Below, in pieces: positions 1 to 8,949 of a stretch of DNA of 64,000 bases. Location of the stretch: IMG/VR virus record IMGVR_UViG_3300007513_000009; one strand, written 5' to 3'. The DNA is from a virus. Position 1 is the stretch's first letter; the number at the start of each line of letters is the position of its first letter. The notes beneath the pieces were generated by a model, which had not been told where the DNA came from, did not search any database, and saw only the letters and a program-made list of their open reading frames with translations. The translations under genes were made by a program, and so were the position numbers.

Positions 1-1142
1 ATAAAGTAGATTTAACTACAAGGTTTACCAAGAATACGGTATTATCTATTCCAATAGTTGCGTCACCGATGGATACCATTTGTGAAGAAGATATGGCAAA
101 GGAAATGATGGATTGGGGTGGAGTTGGTGTCATACATAGGTTTCAGAGTATTAAGGATCAAGCTCGTATGATGAGATCATTACATTATGAATGGGATAAA
201 TACTTTACACCTTTGAGTGGTAATGATAACGAAGAAGAAAGAACTATAGATAAAGAATGGGATGAATGGTATAAGAGTGTAAAACATTGGAATCATCCAC
301 CTACTAAATCAGATTGGAAAGATTTAAAGGATAGATTTTATTGGACGGATTCTTTGATTCGTGATGAAAAGATTTGGTCTAAACGACCACTATGTGCAGC
401 CATAGGAGTTACGGGTGATTATAAAGAGAGAGCTCAGGAGTTAGTTAAGAATGGATGTAATGTATTATTTATAGATATAGCACATGGACACCATTTGTTA
501 TTAAAAAATGTTGTTAAGGAGTTAAAGAATGAATTTGGACGAGATGTTGAAGTCATCGGGGGTTCGATTGCGACACCGGAAGCTGCCAGAGCATTATGTG
601 AATGGGGGGTGGATGGCATTCGAGTCGGCATCGGTAACGGATCATTATGTGAAACGAGAATCAGAACTGGGGTGGGACTTCCTCAGATTACTGTTTTGTC
701 TGATGTGTGTTCCGTTGCTGACAATTATAGTGTTCCTTGCATCGCTGATGGTGGCGTTAGGTATGTGGGTGATGTGGCTAAAGGACTTGGGGCAGGGGCT
801 GATTCGGTTATGCTCGGCTCTATTATTGCTGGGACGAAAGAAACGCCAGGTGAAATTATAAAACAAGGAGAATGGCCTAATGAAAAGCTATACAAGAAAT
901 ATAGAGGAAGTGCTTCTCTCGATAGTAAAGCTGACAGAGGAGAATCTAAAAATGTGGAAGGAAATTCTAAAATCATTCCATATAAAGGTAAAGTCATCCG
1001 CATTATATCTGATATTCGTGATGGTCTTGGCTCATCTTTTTCTTATGTTGGCGCGAGTGATGTATTGGATTTTCAATCGAGGTGCGAATTTGTTAGGGTT
1101 ACATCCGCTGGAACGATAGAAGCAAAACCACATTTACTATGA
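1..1142 (+). CDS. guaB: IMP dehydrogenase / GMP reductase family protein, 5' truncated by the window edge
   Basis: Frame is open upstream of 69 (KVDLTTRFTKNTVLSIPIVASPMDT). Motifs GGVGVIHR, IDIAHGH, GIGNGSLCETR (catalytic Cys), IADGG, YRGSAS, VEG. IMPDH versus GMPR not resolved. Confidence 0.88.
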   Translation, partial: KVDLTTRFTKNTVLSIPIVASPMDTICEEDMAKEMMDWGGVGVIHRFQSIKDQARMMRSLHYEWDKYFTPLSGNDNEEERTIDKEWDEWYKSVKHWNHPPTKSDWKDLKDRFYWTDSLIRDEKIWSKRPLCAAIGVTGDYKERAQELVKNGCNVLFIDIAHGHHLLLKNVVKELKNEFGRDVEVIGGSIATPEAARALCEWGVDGIRVGIGNGSLCETRIRTGVGLPQITVLSDVCSVADNYSVPCIADGGVRYVGDVAKGLGAGADSVMLGSIIAGTKETPGEIIKQGEWPNEKLYKKYRGSASLDSKADRGESKNVEGNSKIIPYKGKVIRIISDIRDGLGSSFSYVGASDVLDFQSRCEFVRVTSAGTIEAKPHLL

Positions 1143-1320
1143 AAAAAAAGACTTAACAGGTTATAATTTGATAATTATAGACAGAACATAGTTGGAGATT
1201 TTTTTATGAAATTTATTATAGACTATTCCACAATACCAAGCGTTACATATACAGACGTTTGCCTGCAATGGGTGACCGATACTTCATATTCAATAGAAGT
1301 AGTATACGGAGATTAAAATA

Positions 1321-1593
1321 ATGGGACAAAAATCATGGCCTGAAGAAAGGTCAGAGATAGCTATATGGCTTTCTGGCTTTTTGGGAACTTATAAAAAATG
1401 GGTTGATAAAATTTTAGACAATGATGATCATGAGGTAACTAAGAATAAAATAATCGATTTGTTGTCAGAGTGGATAGCTAAGTTAGAAGAAGAAAGAACA
1501 AAAATTATGAGAATGTCCGATACATCACCTGAAGAAGAAACAACTTCTGCTAATGTACATGGTGATGATGATTATGCAGTTCCGCAAGATTAA
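1321..1593 (+). CDS. hypothetical protein
   Basis: 90-aa ORF with GGAG upstream. Confidence 0.7.
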   Translation: MGQKSWPEERSEIAIWLSGFLGTYKKWVDKILDNDDHEVTKNKIIDLLSEWIAKLEEERTKIMRMSDTSPEEETTSANVHGDDDYAVPQD

Positions 1594-1680
1594 GATTTCA
1601 CATACAAGATACAAGTAAGGAGGACAGGTTAATGGGTTCTACCTATTCAAAAGAATCTATAACACAATAGGAGTGACGCG

Positions 1681-2457
1681 ATGAATACACTAAAATCAAT
1701 CCTAACTACTATCTTCTTTTTGGGTGGAATTACTTTCGCACAAGAAGAAACTCAAGCACCTGCTTGGGGTGGTGAATTCAGTACTGATATTACTTTTGGT
1801 GATACAGTATCTTTCACTACACCATATACAGGTCTTTCGTATAGTGGTGAAGGGTGGAAACTTACATCGCATCTGTCAGAAGGTGGCGTGAATGTAGAAG
1901 AAGCATATTACAATGTAGATGCTAAAGTTACTTCCGTTACACTTGGACAACAGAGGGTTCCTTTTGGTATTGCCAATCCTTGGCACAGACCATCAGGTAA
2001 TCCATTCGTTAGTGAACCAAGTTCTCAGGCTTATGCCGTTGGACTTGGAGCATCTACCGAATTTGCAGGTGTAGGTATTGCTGGATTTTACGGCGATAAC
2101 CAATCATATTCCATGAGAACATCTTATGGTTTAGCTGGTCATACTGCTGGGGTTTCTATCAATAGTGATGAAGCACGTCTATTGGACGCAAGTGGAACAT
2201 TTTCATATGATTCATTTGGTTCAATTGCATCTTATTTTGAGTATGATCTTAGTGAAGAAACGAGTGGGGACTTATGGTATAGAGCCGTAATCTCGCCGTC
2301 CTTTACTAAAGGTATCACTGCCCTTATAGGATATTCATCTGTTGATGATGAAACCGAAACCATGTATGGTGTCGGTTATCATTATGGCAATTCTTACATT
2401 CGTTCAGAATTGTCCGCAGATGGAGATGTTTCAGTACGAGTAAGTTATACCTTTTAA
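1681..2457 (+). CDS. putative outer-membrane beta-barrel (porin-like) protein
   Basis: Signal peptide (…ITFA-QEE), alternating beta-strand pattern, LGQQRVPFG porin-like segment, C-terminal VSYTF beta-signal; AGGAG RBS. Confidence 0.7.
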   Translation: MNTLKSILTTIFFLGGITFAQEETQAPAWGGEFSTDITFGDTVSFTTPYTGLSYSGEGWKLTSHLSEGGVNVEEAYYNVDAKVTSVTLGQQRVPFGIANPWHRPSGNPFVSEPSSQAYAVGLGASTEFAGVGIAGFYGDNQSYSMRTSYGLAGHTAGVSINSDEARLLDASGTFSYDSFGSIASYFEYDLSEETSGDLWYRAVISPSFTKGITALIGYSSVDDETETMYGVGYHYGNSYIRSELSADGDVSVRVSYTF

Positions 2458-2534
2458 GTAAGGATAATAGGGCGGGAGGCTATAGGCCGTGAGTGTCAAA
2501 ACTTACCCGCCCACTAAAAAAGTGAAAATAAAGC

Positions 2535-2564
2535 TTGACTTATATTGCATTTCTTTGTTATATT
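2535..2564 (+). promoter_or_regulatory. phage early sigma70-like promoter (repeated family)
   Basis: TTGACT-N18-TATATT with A-rich UP element. Related copies have -35 boxes at ~4137, 5302, 13968, 16201, 16470, 22142, 22260, 22460, 22630, 28645, 29419, 32234 and 33809. Confidence 0.8.
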
Positions 2565-2667
2565 TAGGTATGGAAATGATGGTTACACTAACAATGATAT
2601 TTTTGTACTTCTATTTTTTTATGGGGTACGCTGTAATAATTAAAAAAGGAACATATAAGGAAATAAA

Positions 2668-3099
2668 ATGAAAAGGTTATTTTTAATAGTAGGAATGCTA
2701 GTTATTGGTTGTTCAGAAAACCCAATGTATTCTGAATTTGTTGAAGATTGTGAATGTGATTTGAATATTTCAAGCACATTACCATATTCTGATGGGAGTT
2801 ATAAATTAGAGTTTAATGCAGATTTAGCACAAACTTATACGATGTTGGATGCTTCAACTAATTGTGGATGGTCTCAACATCTTTCTTGGCAATCTGATTA
2901 TGAATATAGAATTGAAAATGATTGGGTTAATTTAGTTAATCCATCAAGTATGACAGATGAAAATGGAAATGCTCATGTAATGTTTGCTGCGTGGGAAAAT
3001 TTTATTGACTATACTGTTGCGGTTTATTGTGGATATACTGATGATGATGGACATCATTATATGGATACTTTATATATTGAAATAGTTGATAACGAATAG
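2668..3099 (+). CDS. putative lipoprotein
   Basis: MKRLFLIVGMLVIG-C lipobox-type signal peptide. Confidence 0.65.
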   Translation: MKRLFLIVGMLVIGCSENPMYSEFVEDCECDLNISSTLPYSDGSYKLEFNADLAQTYTMLDASTNCGWSQHLSWQSDYEYRIENDWVNLVNPSSMTDENGNAHVMFAAWENFIDYTVAVYCGYTDDDGHHYMDTLYIEIVDNE

Positions 3100-3109
3100 G
3101 GGATTAGTA

Positions 3110-3349
3110 ATGAAGTATGTTCTTGTTGATAGATTTGATAATATAGTCGATACCAAAGATTTATCATCTGATGTTGGTGTCAAGGGGGCAACAACTTATT
3201 TTGTAAAGAGAAAACAAATTTCATATGAAAATTTTACACAAATATGGAGAGTAATGACAGAAGACAGGTATTATGAAATATCGGAATCTTGTACAAGAAA
3301 ATCATCAGAAGGGGAATTTGGGGATTGGATTGACATAGAAAAATCTTAA
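3110..3349 (+). CDS. hypothetical protein
   Basis: ORF; likely start is the ATG at 3110. Confidence 0.6.
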   Translation: MKYVLVDRFDNIVDTKDLSSDVGVKGATTYFVKRKQISYENFTQIWRVMTEDRYYEISESCTRKSSEGEFGDWIDIEKS

Positions 3350-3476
3350 TAGTTTGTCATTTTGTCATATACTTATAAGTGGTATAGATATTGTATATAT
3401 TATATCGAATACCATCGCCAAATAAATGGGATGGTAAATTAAGTTAGACGAAAGTTAACTACATAGGAGAAATAAA

Positions 3477-3953
3477 ATGACTAAATTAGTTTTTAATCCA
3501 CACGGTATCCCACATTTCGACAGGGATAATTTTTTAACCCCATTTGATAAAATGTTTGACTCAATGATGGAAGCACAATTTCCTGAGATTGAACAACAGG
3601 TTGGTGTCAAACCATATCAAGGTTCAGCATATCCAAAAGTCAATGTATATGAATACGATGATAAAGTTGGTGTAGTTGCTGAGATTCCAGGTCTCGATAA
3701 GAAACAACTCAATGTAGAAGTTGAAGAGGGTGTATTAACCATCTCAGGTGATAAACATGGAGTTTTAGAAGAAGAAGGTGCTAAAGTAATTCGTAGAGAG
3801 TTAAAGGCTTCTTCATTCAGACGTTCTTTCGAACTTGGTGAATTACTTGATGGTGACAATATCAAAGCTAAGTTCATAGATGGGGTATTAACAATAGATA
3901 TTCCGAAGACCGCGCCCGAAAAGCCCAAAAAACACTCAATTAAGATTGGGTGA
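3477..3953 (+). CDS. Hsp20 / alpha-crystallin small heat-shock protein
   Basis: YPKVNVYE…AEIPGLDK…GVLTISG…FRRSFEL…IKAKFIDGVLTIDIPK. Confidence 0.95.
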   Translation: MTKLVFNPHGIPHFDRDNFLTPFDKMFDSMMEAQFPEIEQQVGVKPYQGSAYPKVNVYEYDDKVGVVAEIPGLDKKQLNVEVEEGVLTISGDKHGVLEEEGAKVIRRELKASSFRRSFELGELLDGDNIKAKFIDGVLTIDIPKTAPEKPKKHSIKIG

Positions 3954-4132
3954 AAAAAATCATCCATATAAATGATGATTGTTATATGATACTCGGAGAG
4001 GTGTCAGCCGATACTAAATTGGATAATGATGAATTGAAATCACAATATAGATTGGCTGACACCATTTTAAGAAATGGTAATAAACTTTTTATTTGTTCAA
4101 AAGTAATAGAAGCAGAATTTGAAATGATTTAA
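3950..4132 (+). CDS. hypothetical protein
   Basis: Start overlaps the hsp20 stop (GTGA). Confidence 0.6.
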   Translation: MKKIIHINDDCYMILGEVSADTKLDNDELKSQYRLADTILRNGNKLFICSKVIEAEFEMI

Positions 4133-4182
4133 TGTCTTGACTTATATAGTTATATTTAACTATATTAGAGGATGTTAAGGTT

Positions 4183-4629
4183 GTGAAAAAAATTGATTAT
4201 CCAGAATACACAGAAAAAGGAGTTAGATATATGATGTGCTCATCTCATTATTATATGAAATGCGATTGCGGGGAATATGTTGCTGTAGGTGAAGATGCAG
4301 TTTCAGTAAGATGTTCAACCGATGTTACGAGGTCAATGTTTAGAATGTTTCCTCTTGAAGAACCAAAGGGATACAAACCAACAGGACGACCAGCCGGTTG
4401 GCATTGGATGACAGAGTTTGTAGACAAAGATGGTAATGTATTTCATAAAGGTAAAGAACAACCCAAATTGAAGGGAACTTTGAAACCCACAAAAGTGAAA
4501 GCTAAAAGTAAAAATAAAAGGAAAAGAAGAACTAAGGAACAGATACTTATAGATAGACACAATGAGAAAAAGATGGAAGTGAAAAAAGCAATAAAAGAAA
4601 GAGATGATTATTTAAATCATCGATTGTAA
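4183..4629 (+). CDS. hypothetical basic protein, Cys-rich N-terminus
   Basis: ORF downstream of the promoter at 4137. Confidence 0.65.
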   Translation: MKKIDYPEYTEKGVRYMMCSSHYYMKCDCGEYVAVGEDAVSVRCSTDVTRSMFRMFPLEEPKGYKPTGRPAGWHWMTEFVDKDGNVFHKGKEQPKLKGTLKPTKVKAKSKNKRKRRTKEQILIDRHNEKKMEVKKAIKERDDYLNHRL

Positions 4630-4641
4630 CGGAGAAAGTAG

Positions 4642-5028
4642 GTGGGCAAACAAGTTAAGAAGCATGGATATAGTTGTAAGTTAGTCAGAGTTGTCGATGG
4701 AGATACTGCAGACGCTATGGTTGATTTAGGATTTAATGTGTGGCATAAGGTGAGAATAAGATTTTATGGTGTTGATACTTGGGAAAGTAGAACTCGTAAT
4801 TTAGACGAAAAGAAAAAGGGTTTAGCAGCAAAAGCTTATGTAAAGGACCTTTTAGAAAATTCTGATGATGGTAAATTTTCAATTATATCACATGGTGTTG
4901 GTAAGTATGGTAGAGTTCTTGGTGAGCTGTTTGTTAAAGGACATGATACTTCGGTAAATGAATTATTAAAAGAGAACGGACACGCATATGAGTATCACGG
5001 TGAAAAGAAAAAAGTATTTGGAAGTTAG
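4642..5028 (+). CDS. thermonuclease (SNase-like) family protein
   Basis: RVVDGDT…RIRFYGVDTWES…GKYGRVLG…VNELLKENGHA. Confidence 0.9.
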   Translation: MGKQVKKHGYSCKLVRVVDGDTADAMVDLGFNVWHKVRIRFYGVDTWESRTRNLDEKKKGLAAKAYVKDLLENSDDGKFSIISHGVGKYGRVLGELFVKGHDTSVNELLKENGHAYEYHGEKKKVFGS

Positions 5029-5112
5029 AGATAAATTGTGGGTGGAGGAATTGGTCCACGTAAACCATTGGTTATAGTTGAGAAAGAAATAACAATTATT
5101 GAGGAAATTATA

Positions 5113-5292
5113 ATGAGTAGCATGGAAATATTTATTCAGATGAAAGAACAATGGGATGCGTTTGAAGTCGATCACCATAAGTTCGTAGAGAAAGGTAACA
5201 AAGCCGCTGGTGGTAGAGCAAGAAAATCTATTGGTGAAATCAAAAAGTTAGTTACTGAGTATCGTAAAGCATCTGTAGCAGAATCAAAGTAA
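5113..5292 (+). CDS. histone H1-like (Hc1 family) small basic protein
   Basis: KGNKAAGGRARKSIGEIKKLVTEYRKASV signature; GAGG at 5101 supports the 5113 start. Confidence 0.75.
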   Translation: MSSMEIFIQMKEQWDAFEVDHHKFVEKGNKAAGGRARKSIGEIKKLVTEYRKASVAESK

Positions 5293-5361
5293 AAAAAAAG
5301 CTTGACATTTTGAATAAAAAGTGTTAAGTTAAAATATGGTTATATTTCAAATAAAAAGGTT

Positions 5362-6561
5362 TTGATGGCGTTCAACGATTTTTTTGACGATCCCGATGAG
5401 TTTAATTACGATCGGGAGCGGGATAACTTTATCGATAATATGAATATGTTGAAGGCTATGTCGGTTGAAGAGATTACTTTATATAAAAAGTGGCAAGAGT
5501 TGAACAAAGATGCCTATAAAATGGTAAAGAAGGCAAATAAGTTTTTCAATGTTGGTTATATGTTATGGAGTCCTACAGATATAAACAATAAACAACAGAC
5601 TATTAAAGAGATAGAAGAGTTAGACCCTTATGTGGAATATATTGAGCAGGGAAATGTTAAGTCCACAGATACTTGGGTTTCAGTAAGGAAGTTGATTCAT
5701 AGTATGGAGTTTACTGCTAATCCAGGTAGGAATTTAAAATTCTTTATTAAAGATAGGAATACAGATAAAGTCTTAGGTGTTGTTTGTTTAGGGTCTGATG
5801 TTGTGTCAATTGGTGTTAGAGATAAACATATTGGTTGGACAAAAGAAGATAAGTTGACTGATGGTAAATTGAGGCACACTTCTATTGCTACCACTATATG
5901 TTGTACTCAACCATTAGGTTTTAATTTTTTGGGTGGTAAGTTGGTTGCTGCTATGACAACTAGTTCGGTTATAAGGAATAAATGGGAAGAACTTTATGAT
6001 GAAACTTTAGTAGGCATAACCACTACTGCTCTCTATGGTGTTCATTCAATGTACAATGGCATTCCACATTGGAAAACTCTTGGGGAATCTGTAGGTAGAA
6101 TTTCTTTGAAGCCGGATGATTCAACTTATGAAGTGTGGCATGATTGGTTGAAAGAGAATAAGAGAGATGAGTATTTAGAAAAAACTGTACAAAAAGAGGG
6201 AGTTGCTGGTCCAAGGACTGGGGTGAAGAGTATCATTATTCATATGATGTTTAAGGAATTGGGTATAAGAGCTTCAAATTATGAGCATGGTTTTAAAAGA
6301 GGTGTTTATTATTCAGATATATATGAAAATGGTAAAGAGTTTTTACAGAATGAGATACATGAAGATGAACTTATTATGAAGAAGAAGTTTACTGGTGATG
6401 TTGATTATATAAATAATTGGTGGAAACCTAAGGCTATCAGAAGGTATACTAAGTTATTTGATGAGGGTAGATTAAAACCTGATAGATTATTTTATGCTGA
6501 TGTTGTTGGTAAGACATGGGAACAAACAAAGGCAAAGTATTTAAATGAGGTGGGTAGATAG
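5362..6561 (+). CDS. DUF4338 / DruA-like protein
   Basis: NPGRNLKFFIKD…LGSDV…RDKHIGW…QPLGFNFLGGKLVA…TTTALYG…YNG. Confidence 0.7.
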   Translation: MMAFNDFFDDPDEFNYDRERDNFIDNMNMLKAMSVEEITLYKKWQELNKDAYKMVKKANKFFNVGYMLWSPTDINNKQQTIKEIEELDPYVEYIEQGNVKSTDTWVSVRKLIHSMEFTANPGRNLKFFIKDRNTDKVLGVVCLGSDVVSIGVRDKHIGWTKEDKLTDGKLRHTSIATTICCTQPLGFNFLGGKLVAAMTTSSVIRNKWEELYDETLVGITTTALYGVHSMYNGIPHWKTLGESVGRISLKPDDSTYEVWHDWLKENKRDEYLEKTVQKEGVAGPRTGVKSIIIHMMFKELGIRASNYEHGFKRGVYYSDIYENGKEFLQNEIHEDELIMKKKFTGDVDYINNWWKPKAIRRYTKLFDEGRLKPDRLFYADVVGKTWEQTKAKYLNEVGR

Positions 6562-8159
6562 TGCTAATGTTAAAAAAATCATTTGGTGAAACTTTATACA
6601 CAAGAGATGTAAAGTTTACAAAGAGAGGTAAAGATAGTTTAGGTGCAAGTCATTACACCATTCATACAGCTATAAAAGAGATAGTCAATAACTTTATTGT
6701 TGGTCTGACTTTTTTCCAAAGATATAACAGACTTGTAAAAGGTCAAGTAGTTATTGATACTACAAATATGAAATTATATGTAATAGATGATATGACGGGT
6801 TGGGATGAAACAAGAATGACTGAAGCTATGGATATGGGAGTAAGTCTCCCAACACCTGCTATTATGTCTCGTTATGGAATGGGAATAAAATATTTCATTC
6901 CTTATCTTGGAGAACTTGATGAAATTAGAACTTGTCGTGATGCTGATGTTAAGGATTACTTTTCAATGATAGTCGATGATACTTCTGACTATGTTGGACA
7001 TAGAGTTGTAAAAAGCAATGAACCACTAAAACGATTTAATGTTGAAACTCAAGATTGGGAAAAGTTTGATGGTGTTGGTTCAATGATAACCATTGATTTA
7101 AAGTCGAAACACTTCTTTAAAGATAAACGTATCCCAAAAAATCTTATTGAAAAATTTCAAGATTGTTATAAAAAATATTTAGGTAAAACAATATCACTTG
7201 AAGTGATTTGGTTGAAAGACGATAAAGTTGTATTTCATAAACATTGTCGAAAACATACACCACTAAAATCTGCTGAGAGAGTTGTTTTTGAGAAAGTTAT
7301 TAATCCAGAGACAAATAAACCTTATGAGCATATCGACAAAGCAAGAGTGATAGGGCCTGATGTTTGGGAACTTGATGAAATGTATAAATGTCCTAAGACT
7401 GGTTATATTGTGGACTTACAAATAGGTTTTGTTCCACACCCAAAAAATCTGCTCAAACATTATGAAGAAACTAACGACCCTAAATATTGTCCTGATACTT
7501 ACAAAGATAATATTTACAGATATGGTGGTCAGTTTTGTGGATTGACTTACACTCAAGAAGGCGTCGGAATCTCAGGTGGAGAATTTTCTATGGATAGAAA
7601 AGCTGGTATCTATGGAACTATCGACATAATAAAAGGTATAGAAACTACAAGTGATAAAACTTCGATTGAAAGAACATTAGAACTTGATATCTTTGAAGAC
7701 GAACTTACTGAGTTTCTTCGTAGTAAGAAAATATTAGTTCGTTCCACAGCGACTGCAAATCGTTATGATGAAGATGAGATGGAAGAACAACTAATGGAAA
7801 GATTAAGAGACTCATCTAAACTTAGAGAATATTTGGGTGTTGATGGATACACCTTTGATAATCAATACTCAGGTTGTACAAGTGGTATACCTGATATAGT
7901 TGCTCTTGATGGACTAAAGGTAGAAAAAGTCTTTGAGTTAAAAAAAGAGGGTGGTAAAGACTTACCATCAGCTCATTGGCAAGGTGCTTCATATTGTGTG
8001 GAGTTAGATAAAAAAGAGTTGATTATAGTTGCACAAGACCAAGAACTACCATCAGAACAAAAAATTAAAGTAGACATTTGGAATGCTAAAGGTTGGAACA
8101 TTAGATATGAACAATGGCAAACATTAGTTTCGGAATCAGTATTCCCAAAAGATAAATGA
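6561..8159 (+). CDS. GHKL (MORC-like) ATPase fused to a C-terminal PD-(D/E)XK-like domain
   Basis: AIKEIVNN, DDMTGW and SRYGMGIK GHKL-like boxes; C-terminal IPDIV…VFELKK. Confidence 0.6.
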   Translation: MLMLKKSFGETLYTRDVKFTKRGKDSLGASHYTIHTAIKEIVNNFIVGLTFFQRYNRLVKGQVVIDTTNMKLYVIDDMTGWDETRMTEAMDMGVSLPTPAIMSRYGMGIKYFIPYLGELDEIRTCRDADVKDYFSMIVDDTSDYVGHRVVKSNEPLKRFNVETQDWEKFDGVGSMITIDLKSKHFFKDKRIPKNLIEKFQDCYKKYLGKTISLEVIWLKDDKVVFHKHCRKHTPLKSAERVVFEKVINPETNKPYEHIDKARVIGPDVWELDEMYKCPKTGYIVDLQIGFVPHPKNLLKHYEETNDPKYCPDTYKDNIYRYGGQFCGLTYTQEGVGISGGEFSMDRKAGIYGTIDIIKGIETTSDKTSIERTLELDIFEDELTEFLRSKKILVRSTATANRYDEDEMEEQLMERLRDSSKLREYLGVDGYTFDNQYSGCTSGIPDIVALDGLKVEKVFELKKEGGKDLPSAHWQGASYCVELDKKELIIVAQDQELPSEQKIKVDIWNAKGWNIRYEQWQTLVSESVFPKDK

Positions 8160-8941
8160 AAATATACATTCCAACTTTCAAAAGAGTACATAAACAAATA
8201 ACATTTGTTAATTTACCAAATGATATGCAAAAGAATGTTATTTTAGTAGTACAAGAGCAAGAGAGAGATGAGTATGATTATAATTGTGAATATTTGGTTG
8301 TTCCAAATAATATAGGTATTGCTAAAACAAGAGAATATATTTATAAACACGCTAAAGACTCTAGATTTTGTATGTGTGATGATGATGTTAAATTCATAAG
8401 AAGAAATGCTAAGTATTATGGTAAAGAATCCAATATGGAAAAGTCAAATAGATTGATGACAACCAAAGACTTTAATGATATGTTTTCTTTGTTTAATTCT
8501 TGGATGGATGATGGAGTGCCACAGATAGGTAATAATGTTACTGCATTACCACCATCAGGTAAAGAATATACTGAGTTCACACCATTTAATTCAGTTCATT
8601 GTTTGGATGGGGCTGTATTGGAAAAGGAAGATATAGATCATGAGTTTGTACAGGTGGGTGAGGATTACCATTTGATGTTGGAATTACTTACGAGAGGATA
8701 TAAGATTAGACGAAGTGATGAGTTTGTAATTACTGTAGATGAGGATTATGCGAGTGGGGGGTGTTCCACATTTAGAACTGCAGCATTACAATATGAAGAA
8801 CATATTAAATTAATGGGGAAGTTTCCAGGTTTTGTCTATATGGCGGAGGAACTTTTTATAAATGATAAAAAAATTAGAAATTTTAGATATAGGTTAAAAG
8901 ATGCCTATAAATCTTCAAAATATATGAATGAGTTTTTTTAG
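8156..8941 (+). CDS. GT-A fold glycosyltransferase (phage TAGT/GREB1-like)
   Basis: MKIYIPTFKR start, GIAKTREYI, MCDDD (DxD), GEDYHLMLELLTRGY, SGGCSTFR. Confidence 0.75.
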   Translation: MKIYIPTFKRVHKQITFVNLPNDMQKNVILVVQEQERDEYDYNCEYLVVPNNIGIAKTREYIYKHAKDSRFCMCDDDVKFIRRNAKYYGKESNMEKSNRLMTTKDFNDMFSLFNSWMDDGVPQIGNNVTALPPSGKEYTEFTPFNSVHCLDGAVLEKEDIDHEFVQVGEDYHLMLELLTRGYKIRRSDEFVITVDEDYASGGCSTFRTAALQYEEHIKLMGKFPGFVYMAEELFINDKKIRNFRYRLKDAYKSSKYMNEFF

Positions 8942-8949
8942 AGGATAAT

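Noticed and set aside
1594-1680. Purine riboswitch-like TTCTACC and a 12-codon uORF upstream of the porin-like gene
   Set aside because: The remaining riboswitch stems and loops are missing, and the uORF has only an SD to support it.
5362-6561. Complete Druantia defence system
   Set aside because: No DruE helicase or other Dru genes are present; only a DUF4338-like gene in a phage context.
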